From Eremomyces bilateralis CBS 781.70 (Eukaryota), in NCBI GenBank assembly GCA_010015585.1, contig ML975155.1: DNA of 64,000 nucleotides; one strand, given 5' to 3'. The translations under genes and the position numbers were made by a program. Positions 23,265-36,892 of the stretch are shown here, piece after piece; positions within the stretch are counted from its first letter, which is position 1; every line of letters starts with the position of its first letter. The notes below the pieces were generated by a model. The model was not told the origin of the DNA. It ran no database searches and saw only the letters and a program-made list of their open reading frames with translations.

Positions 23265-25126
23265 CTACCTATGTTTCTTATCGCCCTTCATTTGCTTTCG
23301 GTTCCGGTTCTGGAAAACCACCTTCCCAATCACCCAGCAAACCCACACCGTTCCCAGTGCTATGGCCCAAACCGTCCCCAATTCTACCCACCTCGCCCAT
23401 TCCGTATCCATTACCGGTATATTCACCAAGCCCATGAAACTTCCGCCATCCAGTGCCTCCGGCTCTATATGATAGAAGACCGTTTGTCTACCGAAGAGCC
23501 CGTCGTATCCCAGATTTGTGCGGTCAAACGGGTTGACTGCAAACTTGTCCCCCGAATCTGCGGCGCATGCCCAAAAGACGGGAGGCCAAGGGAAAGGGGT
23601 AGTGACCGTATTATTCGCGTTCGCACCATTTTTCCACCCAGCCAACCATTCTCCTACCGACCCGCGCCCGCCATTTGATGCTGCAGAGACGTTTCGAGGA
23701 GACAGGTACCGCAGATGAAGAGGAATCGATGCCGTCCACTCGTTCTGACGATGCTTATTCTCCCCGTGATCCAACCTAGAGTCAGCGGGAGATGCTAGCT
23801 CAATCAAAGCCGCCGATCCCCATCGTGAGACGACCCAGTCCGGCGCCTCGAGGTCGGTTTCGCCGGAAAGGCTCCTCAAGGAGCGCAAATTCCGGGACGA
23901 TAGGAAGAGCGGGTCGGATAGCTGGTAGCGGTCGAGGAAAATTTGGGAAGGGAGAGTAAGATAGGCGTGGAGGGCGCAGGAGTGGGACATGGGTTCGGCG
24001 TCGGGGGAAGTAATTGGACTTGGAGGAACCGGCGGGGAGGAGAACGTGAGGTGGAGAGTCGGATGGAGGCCAGTTGGTTGGGAGAAGTGAGCACGATACT
24101 TGATTGGAGACGACGGGAGGGCGTGATGGCGGGAGGGGAAGGAGAACAATGTTGGCTCTATTTAACGCATAGATATTAGCACATGTATGGTGTGGAATGG
24201 ATGTAGTTAACGTACTGGGTTCGTCGTCCTGCCCAAGGACGGCCAGGAAGCCTCCTAAAGACTGCTCTTCCGGTTCCGAAGCCTTCTCGGCATTAAGAAC
24301 CCCGATCTCGATTGTTTCCGAGCTCTCTCTCCTCAGGTGCGTCTCCGTCCATGGTGAATTAGGACAAGCACGATCCCAGAAGGCGGTGACGGTCAGCGAG
24401 TGAGATATGGCATCATAGTCCATATCAAGGTATTTTGCATCGAGAAGTGACGCTGCGTCGCGGATGCATTTCTCATCTGACCTCGGACATATTTTTTCTT
24501 TCAGATAGGCAACGAGATCTTTGAGGGAAGGAGTCACATGGTAATATTGAAGGGATGAGGAAGCTGAGAATCTCTCCGAGAGTATAGGAGGACTTATGAA
24601 CGATTCCTAGTCTCATCAGATACATCCATGGCAGAATAGAACGTTCGGGATCATACCTGTGGAGAGACACAATCCATGCCATCTCCAAACACCTTCTTGA
24701 TCAGGGGGCAAAGGCGGTCCCTGTTCACATATTAACGACCCTTCTTCAGAATCGACAGCGCTTTGGCTTACGCGGTACCCTCGCTTAAGGGACTGAAGAA
24801 GACATGGAGCCCAGGCGACATCCGTGAAACGTATGGGCCCACCCCTTGCACCGGGGTCATGGATACCCAGCGGACGTGAAGTTCGTGGCATTGCTTCAGC
24901 GCCAGCCATAACTACAGAACTCAGCAGTTGCCTGAACGATTTCCGATGGCGAATGCCAGCATCGACCATGACATACCTCCCGTGGTAGCTCCGAGAATGC
25001 AAATGTCATGCGATGCTCCTTTGCCGCATCCAACTTGCTCAATTCTATGGAATCTTTCCGGACGCGGATCTGGGAGGGATTGAACTGCGAGACATCATGT
25101 TGGAGATATGTGATCCGGGACCGCAT
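23265..25126 (-). CDS. PBN1: GPI-mannosyltransferase I subunit (Pbn1/PIG-X), multi-exon
   Basis: N-terminus MRSRITY; PIG-X motifs LPSQIFLDRYQL, GETDLEAP, WGS, PLHLRY, PWPPVFWAC, NPFDR; C-terminal TM followed by a basic tail. Confidence 0.9.
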
Positions 25127-25553
25127 CTTCCTAGCTCTTTCTGCACCAGGTCCAGTTCGGCCTTACAACGGTCACCCTGACTAGAAATTCAGAGACGGAA
25201 AAGATATTCTTATTTTAATTTAGGTTGGTAGATGGAGAGATGGGTTGGAGATACAGGTGTGACGTTTGGGTGTCTTCATGGCACGGGCCTTTTATGCTCA
25301 TCCACATCTTGTTCTGATGGGAAGCAAGATAATTAATTATACGTTTCGCTGCGCGGTTAGATGTTGTAGACTGGAATGATATATTCTTAACTATCAAGAC
25401 ACGATTAAAAACCCGATACATGCAACGGTATCGATAAACACATATATGGTTTATATAATTGTAGGGAATAATAAATATTGAATGGTATTCAAGGGGCAGG
25501 CACAAGCCTTCATACATCTAATGTAGTCGTGTATTGCTATCTAACAGTCGTAT

Positions 25554-27407
25554 CTACAAACTATCCTCCCGCCAGCGACTCCTCACTCTCTGCCAGCTCT
25601 CCATCTCCTGCTTCCCACCCATCTTCTCAAGCCCCATCCCGCGCTCCACCCAGTCCTGGCTCCCCATCTCCACCAGCCGACTCAGCGCCCTCGCAAAAGC
25701 AAACCGCTCCTCGTCGCCCGTGAAGATGCTGCTGTTCTTCAGCATGGACATGTTCATCCCGAGGTCGTCCATGAGACTCCTCATGACATCGGAGACGTCG
25801 TGGTGCACGTCCGCGTCGGGGATCTCGCCTTTGGCTTGCCCGGCGTGCACGGCGTCGTCGAGCTCGTTCTTCGAAAGAAACAGCTCTGTCAATGGAACCG
25901 ACGTGGTCATGACCAGTTTGGCCTGCGGATGCGTCAGACATGTTGCAAAAATAATCGGGCATCGCGCCCACTCACCCTGCTCTCATAAATGGCGTCGATA
26001 AAGATAATAAACCGTCGAGCTAAATCTCGCGACCGGTGGGTCATCCCCGGGACCTCCGTGATAATGAATGCTTCATAACTCCTCATCAGCTCCAAGTAAT
26101 CCGCAGCGCCAGTGGCGCGCCCAATGATTTCCTTGAACGTGAACATGGCCGCTTTGCCGCTAGCCTTGGGCACATGGATCTCCCTTCCCCATACCATATG
26201 CGTCGCCGGATGAGGGGGATCATTCTTAAAGTCTCCCAGAAATTCAAACCATTTGTTCGCGTGGCTCTGTGCGGCCTTATCTAAGGGGTGATGGTACACG
26301 CCGGATGGCGGGCGGGGTATCTTTCTATAATCGGTCGAGGAATCTAAGTTGATTACGCGGAGTCGGTCTTTCATGAGGTTGATCGCGGGGACGAAGGATT
26401 CGCGCTGGATGCCGTTTTTGTACAGATCGTCGGGATGTCGGTTCGATGTGGTGACGAGAACCACGCCGTGGGCCATCAATGATTCCAAAAGCCTTTGGCG
26501 AATGTTAGCGCCGCCAAAAGACGATATCTAGCCGACATACCTTCGCAAAATCATCGCATCAGCGACGTCCGTACACTGAAACTCGTCAAAGCATAACACA
26601 CTGGACTTTTCCGCTATGTTGGCCGCCACAAACGGGATCCCATCGATATCGTTCCCATGCTCCATCTTCATCTTGTGCATTTCCTTATGAACCTCTTGCA
26701 TAAAGTTATGGAAATGGATTCTTGTTTTCTGCTTGATGTTCGGTGGTATGGTCTCGTAGAACAGGTCCATCAGCATGGTCTTTCCGCTTCCCACGTCGCC
26801 GAACATGTAGACGCCTTTGGGTATATCTGGCGAGATCTCCACTCGTGCTTTTGCCTTGTCATCCTCACCGCCTCCAAAGAGGGATCCAAACAGGGTCTTC
26901 TTCGGCGGTTGGAGTGACTCGATTGTCGGATGTACGACTTTGGGCGGGGTATATGATCTGAGCATTTCGTGAAGGTCCTCAAGATGTCCGATGATTGCTT
27001 TTTCGGGTCAGATCCAGGAATTGGCGCATCGGACAGCATCCGTACCTCTCTGATGATCATCATTTCGAAGCCGCCCTGAGGCGACCCTTTCGTCGTATTC
27101 TTCTATCGGTCCATATGGTCTCCATTCCGCTAGGAAAGGTGTCAGTCCGGTGGATGCGATTTCATAAAGCCGCCAGATACGCACTCTCCCCAGACACTCC
27201 TCTTGCGAACTGGTGCCCCGGACGAACTACCGGGCGCGTCCCCAGATACTGACGACCTCCAACAAATTCTTTCCGCCCACAACGAGACGGCGTCAGAGAG
27301 GTATATGTCCGCAGACAATCGTGGCAGAGACGCGCCGTTCGCGCACGTGGGACACGGGCAGCGACGCCCAGGCGCCGGAGGCTATGGCAAGCCTGTGGAG
27401 AAGTCAT
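25554..27407 (-). CDS. AFG1: Mitochondrial AFG1/LACE1-family ATPase, multi-exon
   Basis: Walker A GDVGSGKT, RIHFHNFM, Walker B LCFDEFQCTDVADAMIL, TSNRHPDDLYKNGIQR, FAFARALSRL; Arg-rich presequence. Confidence 0.95.
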
Positions 27408-27877
27408 AGTGTCAACCAGGGCATGGTGAGCGCCGTGCAGTAAAGCAGGCAATCTCTGCTCAGATCTATGGTAAATGGTAGCTTGGAATCGTACACGAGT
27501 CACGCCTTCACGAAGTGGACTCGGAGGCGGTTGGGGTGTTTTATCATCGGGCCAACTCGGCGTCCCGCTCGGCACAGTGCCGAACTTCGCTGATCCGTCC
27601 GTCCATTCTAATTTCTGATGTGATTGGGACCAGGTCACTGAATGGTTCCAATACGGTCGTATATAAATTCTCCAGATTGTAATGTGATCAAACCAATGAT
27701 TGCTTGAGATCCGCACATTCCATGAAGAAAGAAGGTTGATTTATACAGTGATGCCATGCACCTTAGAATTGATAGTTCTGGATCTCGTCCGACCTTCGGG
27801 AGACCCAGATGTAAGACCCCCATAATTACAAAGTACCTATGCTCCGTCGAATATCATAATATATACCATAGCCACGT

Positions 27878-30263
27878 CTATACATTTTCATCCGTATTGA
27901 CGGACACATATGCTCCGCCTTCGCCTCCCCTCCGTCTGCTCAACTTCAGCGGCGCGTCGTACAGCTTCGTGTAGTCCACGGCCGCCCCGTCTAGTAGCGC
28001 CGCTCCACCGCCATCGCCTCCGAACAACGCGGTGGGCGTGCACCAGAAGTCTTTACAGTTCGTGACGATTCCTCGGGTATACGGGTTCCCCTCCTGCTTC
28101 GCCTCGATTTCCGCAGGGTTCGAGTTCACTGCGGTGGCCATGAACGCATCGAGGCCGAATAGCTTCTTCCATTGACTGAAGAACCCGTGGTTCTTGTGGT
28201 GGTGATGGTGATGTCCGTCGGTGGACGAGCCGGAGCCCGGGCCGGTGGCGGACACCGCGGCTTGGCCGGCCGACGTGGCGCCGGTGGTCATGAACGTGGT
28301 GAGGGTATCTCCGACGCTGCGATCGTGTTCGAAGCCGCGCATGCTTTCGTAGGTAGTCATGGCACGAGCGACCTGGAGTAGCTGGACGATGAGGAGCATG
28401 GTAACCCAGATTAATTGGAAGGTACACCACGCCACCGCGACGGTGGTGAAGGGGTCTTTGTTGAGGATGGTGCAGATCTCGGCGGAGACGATGGTACACT
28501 CCACCGCGGTGACGTCGGGAAGGACTTCGAGGTCTTTGATCGTTAGAAATGCTGGCACATGGACGGAGGAAACTTACATTTCAGCAGTAACCAGGCTAAC
28601 GTGATGACCCCGAATTGCAGGGTTACGACGAAAAGCAAGAAGTGTCGATGGTTGTTCACCCCGACGCAATTGTCTACCCACGGACAATGACTGATTTCGT
28701 CAGCTTGGAGCATAGGACAACCATTTAGGGAGCTTACTGGTCTTCTCGCGCCACGCAACGTTTGCAGATCTTGCAATGCTTGCTCCGCAACGGTCTCCGA
28801 ACCATGCAATGGACGCAGAAGTGCTGTTCGTCGAACTTGAACACTTTCAACAGGTCATCAATGATCTCCCGCTGCTTGTTGCGACTGTCTGGCTTCGGAA
28901 CGAACCCGGGGTCCCGAAGCATGGCGCTGAAGTAGAAATAGCCGCACAGGATAAATAATGTGGTGAAGATGATATTCAGGAAGGGAAATTTGGAATATGT
29001 CCCTATGGATCGTTAGCGAGAGTTTGATACGCGCTGCTGGATAACTTACAGGGGAGAATATGGGTCAGATATCGAACGCCGACCCAGAAGAGGGATCCGG
29101 CAAAAACACCGGCTAGGAAAGGCTGGATGGGTTAGCGATGCCACGCTCCGCAATCGCCATCAGTGATACTTACAGTCTTATGAAGGCTTTTCATATCCGA
29201 AGGAGCCCAGCGCAGGGAAGTCCGCGCCAACCACTGCAGACCGAACGCAACCAGCACGGCCAGGGGTATCGAAAGGTAGATAACGAAATGGCTCAAAATC
29301 AGAAACGAGAAGAAGAGGATCACCCCGGGCCACACAAACAATCCTCTCCAGAAGAACGTCCGCCGATCCTTGACGAACGACAGCTTAAAGTCCCGCGCGC
29401 TCCCATCGGGGTGGAACCCCGCCGTGTCCAGCGCATCGTGCCAGATCTTCTCGATGCCCATCTCCTTCGCGACGACCGCGGGGGTCTTCCCGTCGTTATT
29501 CTCCGCGAATCGGTCGGCGCCGTACTCGAGCAGCTTCTGGACGGCCAGGCTGCTGCGACTGACGAGTGCCCAATGCAGCGCGGTGAACCCCTGGTCGTCT
29601 CTCGCGAAGATGTTCGCGCCCCAGCGGAGGAGGAGGCCGACGCATGCGGGGAAGCCCTTATACGCGGCCCACATCAGGCTGGTATGGCCCTGGCTGTCCT
29701 GGATGTCGATGGGGATGTCCTGGTGGAGGAGGAGGAGGAGCTGGAAGACGTTGCCGTCGAGGGCGGCCCAGTGGAGGAGGTTGAAGCCTTGGTCGTCGGT
29801 GAGGAGGGGGTCGGCGCCGTGCTCCAGGAGCAGGTTGACGACGTAGTATGCGCATTTCTTCGCGGCCCAGTGCGCGGGGGTCGCGTCGGCTTCGCCACCT
29901 TTCACGTTCACAGATGCGCCGGCCTGGAGGAGGAAATGGCAGAGCGGTAAACGGTTGTTGATCGCGGCCCACTGCGCAAGTTTTAGCACGATCTCTAGCA
30001 AAACACGATGAAGAAAGGGGATGGCGCACATGTAACGCAGTGATGCCCTCCTCGTCCGAATATGTAGCATCGAACTTCCCAGTGTCGAAGAGTTTCTGGA
30101 TCGCACCGACTTCCCCTAACCGCGCCAGCTGCATGAGATCTTCCTCCACGGGCAGCAGCGGTTTCGTCGACAGCATCTCCTTGAGTTCAAGGTTGCCATT
30201 CTGGTCGTTTGCCGGGTCGTCGGCCTGAGCCTGGGTTGGCGCAGGCGAGGACCCCGAAGGCAT
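27878..30263 (-). CDS. AKR1: Ankyrin-repeat DHHC palmitoyltransferase, multi-exon
   Basis: Ankyrin repeats ([26 protein letters not shown]); [33 protein letters not shown] segments; TTYE and NPY..G..NCKDFW motifs. Confidence 0.96.
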
Positions 30264-30897
30264 AGCGGAGGTGTCAAAGGAGGGACGGATGAATGGGCTG
30301 CAGTTAAACTTAAAGGGACGAGGGAGAATTATTAGATTCGCAGAACATCCTCGCTACTCCTGGGCTCGCTAAGTAAGATGGTAGAATTACTGTCAAAAAG
30401 TTCAGGACTTCAGGTTCGTATTCCGTAATGTGGCTCAGCCCATTCGATGCCAAAGCGTTCTCAGTAAGGATCAACATAAGGAGAGCTGCGTCGTCACTCG
30501 TCAAGTTGCGCATATGGTTCGCTCGGGCAACTCGGGTTTTCCAGCATCGTAATCCACAAGGCGCAATTCCGCGTGGAAAAGGGTCTCCCCGTTCACGCGG
30601 TTTTCCAAGGGATAGTTGGGATTACACAGTAGGGCTGACCAATGGGATCAAAATAAGCAAAGGGAACGAATTTGGGTTCGTGGAGCCGTTCAACAATTCA
30701 ATTCACGAATGACAGTATTACCGGTAGTTGGAATATTGCCGTCATGTAACGGCGTAAGAATTTGGCTCTTTTGTGAACCCATCATGCCTTTTGCACTTCT
30801 AGCTATGGTAATATCATGATCCATGGTCAAAGTAATCCGCGATTGCGATATCGAACCGTCATTCTATCCTGCCGTAGCCACTGAAAACGCTCCCTGC

Positions 30898-31906
30898 TCA
30901 AGTCGACTTCTTCGCAAACTCCACACGAAGAATCAAGTGACCAAATCCAACTACTCAAAGTCAGAACGATACGAAGCAAATAGATCCAGGGAAACTTACA
31001 GCCATCCATCTTATCGCACGCCTTCACCGCATCCAGACGATCCTCAAAGCTGACGAACGCGAACCCCTTGGCTCGGCCGGTCTCGCGGTCCTTCGCCAGA
31101 TACACCCTCGTGACCCGACCGTACCTTGAGAACATATCCCGAAGGTCCTGCTCTTCGGCGAACTCGCTGACCTGTACAGAGCATTAACCACCATCCTGTA
31201 CTTGCATGCCACAGAACTTACGTTGGTGACTCTCAGCGTGGCCAGATCGTCCCGCTCGAATTTCCCGCCCATCCGCTCTCCAGCACCCGCGCCTCCCTTC
31301 CGCATGTGTGGCGGCACATAGCCGCCCCCACCCACTCCTAACCCGCCCTCTGCCGGTGCCTCGTCGACGCCCAAATCCCCCAAACCGGGCCCGGAATCGC
31401 CCTCGGGGGCCATGGTATCTTTGAAGGGACACTTCGAGGTCCAATGCTCGCCACTACAGATACGGCACTTGATCTTCGCGTCCTTGAGGACCGCCTTCTT
31501 CTGCTCCTCGGACTTCTCCTCCTGGGCGCCAGCGCGGAACCCGATGGTGGGGCGGAAGGCGATGTTTTCGGCGATGCTGGTGGTGTCGGACTGCGGGCCG
31601 GCGGGCTTGCCCTTTTCGGCGCCGAACTTGGCCCAGTGCTTGCGCTCGGCGACGCGCGGGTTCACGATCTGCTTGACGATGGTCTTCTTGATGCGGCGGG
31701 TGGTCTTGACTTTCTTGCCGTTCTCGTCGATGCGGTAGGAAACGATGGTCTCGGTGCCATCCTTGTTTTTGGTAACGGTGGGCTGCGGGAGGGCGAGGGT
31801 GTCTTCGTCTTCTTCTTCGGCCCAGTCGCGGGTACGTCTTATGGGAAGGGTTAGTATCAAGACGGTCGTGGGAACTCATTGATCCTTACTCTGCGGGTTT
31901 CGACAT
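30898..31906 (-). CDS. TIF35: Translation initiation factor eIF3 subunit g
   Basis: [16 protein letters not shown], zinc knuckle [23 protein letters not shown] ([29 protein letters not shown]). Confidence 0.96.
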
Positions 31907-32375
31907 TTTGAGGGTCGCGCTCGATAGGATGCGCGGGGGTTAAACGGGTCGGATTTGAATGGATAGGTTAGATTCTTCGACGTCGGATTGTAAAATTATC
32001 CTTTAGTTTTTGGGTTTGAAGTGGTTATGATGGTAGAAGTGGGCGACATACAGTCCTAACTCTTCAGTGGTGATGAGGAAGCGTGCCGTGGGGCAAATTT
32101 GGAGGCCAAAGTTTAGCGGCTCTCCCGAAGGCCGAAGTTTAGCAGTGCCTCTCCAACCAACGCATCCCATGTTCACAACTCTCCAAGTCAACATTGAATA
32201 TTTAAATAAATAACCATCGTTTCTTCATATCATTGTCAACATTAATGAAATGCTGTGATGTGTTCACTTGGTGGTGAATTCTGAACTGGCGATAATATTC
32301 ATGCGAGTGCCCTTAATCCCCATATAGACTCTCCGTATCCTCTTGCATCGACCTCCATTCTATCTCCTGTTCAAC

Positions 32376-32629
32376 ATGTCATTCTGGGGGTAAACTGCAC
32401 TTTTCCCTTCTATTCCCTTCCATATGGGCTAATATCCAGCAGTGCCTACAGAAGTCTCACCCCCCGGACTCGCATCTACCTAGGAGTAGGAGTCATCGGC
32501 TGGAGTGCGTTGGGTCTCTACTTCACGGACAAATGGGAGGATAAAATCGCATCGAAGAAAGCCGAACCTGGACAGGCTGTGGGTCAGCCGACGCTACAGG
32601 ATGAGGTTCCGAAAGCCAACGAGGCTTGA
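32376..32629 (+). CDS. Small (~66 aa) single-TM protein of unknown function; intron 32390-32439/32442
   Basis: CAACATG start context, GTAAAC..GCTAAT..CAGCAG intron. Product MSFWG(S)AYRSLTPRTRIYLGVGVIGWSALGLYFTDKWEDK...NEA*. Divergent from TIF35; absent from the ORF track. Confidence 0.75.
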
Positions 32630-33627
32630 ATTGCTACCTATGGTCGGTCCCTAGGACTCGATTCCTTGGATCAATGGGATATGCGATTGGAGTCTAAGAC
32701 TAGGCGACTCGGGATGAATAGACTGGTCCCCTGGTGCTAGAATGGGCCTCACCATGTCTATAGGAGCATTGGCCGGTCCATTCGCTATTCAGGGAGTCAT
32801 GGCTGGAGAATCGGGAGGGCTATCCGGCCAATTCGTCTCAATATTAGAGAAGCTCGGGTTGATGTGGCGCCTGGCAACTGTTTGGAAAATCACCGCCACT
32901 TGGGAGGAGCAGGAGCAGGACCGGCATATTGATCGGACGATGTCGTGGGATCCTATGGAGGCTTGGTACATATCCGAAGGGCCACTGACAACGCATGGGC
33001 CTGGCGAAGCCGCATAGCTGCTGTAGGCAGCTCGATGGGCGAGACAAGTCATGGATGACGAAACGACATACGTCATACCGATACTTATCCAGCTTCATGC
33101 TCAATTCCAAGGGCAGGAGCGATCTGAGTGCGAGGGATGGGCGTCACGGATGGAACGCAGTGAGAATTCTGTCCTACCTGGGGTAGCTATACAAACGCAA
33201 TCCAGCGCCGAATTCCGAATATTGGATTCTTGATATGCAAGGCAACTGACGTCCCGGGCTGTTTACTCCTCTTCTTAGCCCTTACACTCCGATCCGATCA
33301 TTCTGATAAAGATCGACATCAAAACCTCGCCAATCGCTCATGTAACCAATGAGAGCGGGCGAAGTCGCAGCCATCCGCCGGACCCTTGCAAGGGCAGTCG
33401 TCATTGCTTCAGATGCCAGAGGACAAAGAACAATTATCGCGGTTTTCATGTAACTATTCAACTCCTTCATAGTACTTTGCGTGCTCGCAAGACCCCGTCT
33501 CATCATCTGTATCCATCCTGACAGAGTCTTCTATTCATACTATCCTCCCAGCTCCAACTCCACCCTCCCAATTCCCATCGTGATACCACAATCCCTCCAT
33601 CCCACCAAACACCACACCACAGCAACC

Positions 33628-35388
33628 ATGGCCGGTGAGGCCGCGTCCTACTACAACTCCCCCCCACAACCTGCCGGCTACCCTCCCCCCGCCCCGCCCA
33701 AAGACCACCACCCTCCGCCTCCCCCGTCATACGCACAGAACTACGGGGCGCCGAGCGGCCCGGCGGACGACTATGGCGAGAAGGCGACGTTTGAGCAGAC
33801 GTTTAAGGTCGAGAAGCCGCAGTGGAACGACGTGTGGGCGGGGATCTTGGTAGGTTGCATGTACCACTCCAAGCTCTGAGATGCTGACGGGTGTGGTAGC
33901 TGCTGATCGTGTTCGCGGGGTTCACGGCGGTGTCGGGGATCGCGTTACATGGGTATGCGGCGACGAAGGGGTTTAATGGCGGGGGGATCTATGATAGTGG
34001 GAACGACTTCTCGCTGAACACGAATACGGTGGTGTTGTTTATCTTTTGTTTGGCGGTGGCGATCGTGCTGAGCTATGCGTACGTGTGGATGGCGCGGCTC
34101 TTTACGAAGCAGTTTATCTGGATTTCCGGGGTCTTGAACATCGTGGTATGTTGTATGCGTTGCGTGTGGGCTCAACGATGCTAAGATCAAATATAGCTGG
34201 GATTCGTGACGGCGATCTATATGATGGCGAGAGGGTATTGGTCGGGGGGGATTGTCTTCTTGATGTCAGTGACGCAGGCCAGTGGAAACAGTGAGGAAGC
34301 TAACAGTCCGCCAGATTCGCCGTCATTACTCTCTTCATGTTCATCTCGTGGCGGAAACGGATTCCATTCTCGACTCTGATGCTCCAAACGACGATTGACG
34401 TGTCCAAGACGTATGGGCACGTCTACCTGGTCAGCTGGGTCGGTGGCCTCGTTTCGATTGCGTTCGGAGCATGGTATTCCATCACGCTCGTGGCGGTCTA
34501 CGTTAAGTATGAGCCTGGACTTAATCCAGCATGCTCTACAAACGGGGGAGGGTGCTCAACAGCCAAAGTGATCGGGCTGCTAGTCTTCATCACGGTTAGT
34601 GAAATCTGTGTCAATCTTTTCCTGCCGAAAGTGCTGACACCCAGCAGTTCGCAATGTACTGGATCTCCGAATGGCTCAAGAACACCATCCACACCATCAT
34701 CTGCGGCGTCTACGGCTCCTGGTACTTCTTCCCTCACAACCTACCCAAAGGCGCCACTACCGGCGCCTTCAAGCGCGCCGTGACCTACAGCTTCGGCAGC
34801 ATCAGCTTCGGCAGCCTCCTCCTCGCGATCATCAACGCCCTCCGCCAAGCCTGCTCCATCGCCCAGAGAAGCGAGGGCGCGCAAGGAAACATGGTCGGCT
34901 ACGTCGCCTTCTGCGTCCTCGGCTGCCTCATTGACATGCTCAACTGGCTCGCCCACATCTTCAACAAATACGCCTTCGCGCACATCGCCCTGTACGGAAA
35001 AGCGTACATCCCCGCCGCCAAAGACACCTGGACGATGGTGAAAGACCGCGGGATCGACGCGCTCGCGCAGGAGTGCCTCGTCGGCCCGGTCCTCTCCATC
35101 GGATCCATGTTCGTCGCGTACACGTGCGCGCTGCTCTCGTACCTCTACCTGGTCTTCACGCAGCCCGGGTACAACCGCGACGGGGGTTACACGCCGGTGG
35201 TGGTGGCGTTCGCGTTCCTGATCGGGCTACAGATCGCGAGCATCGTCACCACGCCGCTGGGGAGCGGGATCGATGCGATCTTCGTGGCGATGGCGTGGAA
35301 TCCGGAGGCGTTGCGGCGGGATCATCCGGATCTATGGGCGCGCATGGTGAGCGTATATCCGCACGTGCAACAGGCGATTCGGGCCTGA
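33628..35388 (+). CDS. PNS1: Choline-transporter-like plasma membrane protein Pns1 (four introns)
   Basis: FKVEKPQWNDVWAG, RIPFS, YWISEWLKNTIH, TYSFGSISFGSL, FNKYAFAHIALYGKAY; about ten TM segments. Confidence 0.94.
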
Positions 35389-36892
35389 GGGGATCATGGA
35401 TGGGTGGAAATGGGACTGAGAAGGGGTTCGACATTAATATTGCATTTCGAGGAACAATCATGGCGAGAGCATTTCTAGGAGTCATGGAGAGGAGGATCGG
35501 GCTTTGGCGCCTCAATGTCGCAATGTCACAATCTCCCAATGGACTTGTAAACGTACCTGGAACGATAAGAACGTGTATTCCATCCGGCGTCGTGATGATT
35601 CCATGGCCCAGATAGTGAGATTAGCAACGGTACCTGCATCCCTTCATTTTATTCCCACCCGATGGCACGCAAATCCGCAACGTCCCGTCCGGCCAGCACC
35701 AATCCCCCCGCTGCGATTAACGGCATTCCGGCGTTCGCCTCGCAACTTTGGTACCCCATCGCGTAGCTCGGGTTTTGTTGGGCTCGTTGGTGAGGCTTAA
35801 CACAGCAAAGTCGAGACGGGCCGGCGCTAGCGGATGATTCGGTAATAGAACGACATCATGACGTAGGCAACCTGGAGAGACCGTCACGACCGTCGAGATG
35901 GATGGACTTTTGAAGTATCACCAGAATCATTCGCGATGGAGCATAGGAGGAGGTGGGAGGGTGATGGTCTGGGGAGCCAGAGGTATCGGTACTTGAACAA
36001 TGAACATGCGATGGTCATGCATGGAGCGGCGCTTAAGGCACATCCCAATACCCTTATGCACCTCTTCGTGTCAGCGCCACTTGTCGGTGAGCAGGCTGAG
36101 CCGTGAGCAGTCATGAATCCCGTCCAGCGGTACGCGACATCTGGTGGGGGTGATGCGTGTGAGGCAAAGGATTCTGTTAGTGTGGGATCTGGACATCGCT
36201 TTTCCGTCGAGGGGGGTACTTCTTGTACCTGATCAGTTGGATCATGATGAAGATATCGAAGGCGGTGTGAGTAAATGGATCAGGTGTCGGCCACGTCCAT
36301 CAATAGTCTTTCTTACAGAAGACACGATTACCGTGATGAGGATTGCTGCTACCTTACTGTACTGGTTCTTGAAAGTGACGTGAATAACGCCAAAGGAGAG
36401 TTAATAACTAGGCGCCAAGTTACCGGATTGTTGAGCGGTCCCTGGTGACGTTTAAAGTACCACTCAACAACGCGAGTGAAACCGGAACGTCTTCATGGTC
36501 ACTTTCACCTTAACCATCGCCTCTCCCCCTTCCACTTCTCTCTCACTCTCAACTCTCACCATCAACTTATCTCCTCTCTTGTGTACATCACCCCCAACTT
36601 CTTCCTAAACTTTCCACCTCCACCTTTCTTCCATCAACACCCCACACTCTTCCACATCCGTGTCAGCTTTCATTGCTTTTGCACAGGTTAGTCGAGTCCC
36701 CTTGCAGTCAGCTGCTGCATCAAGCTTCTCTTCCCCACCTTGTCCTATGAACTGATCGGCGTGAGCATCAATGGTAATGAACAGCTACTAACATAATATA
36801 TCTTGCCGTCAGACACCTTCAATTCTATCTTGACAACTCAATCCCTCTCACACCAACCTCACTATACCTACTCCATCGATCAATTGATCATC

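Noticed and set aside
32742..33300. Cluster of short ORFs upstream of PNS1
   Set aside because: No consistent frame, codon bias or family signal.
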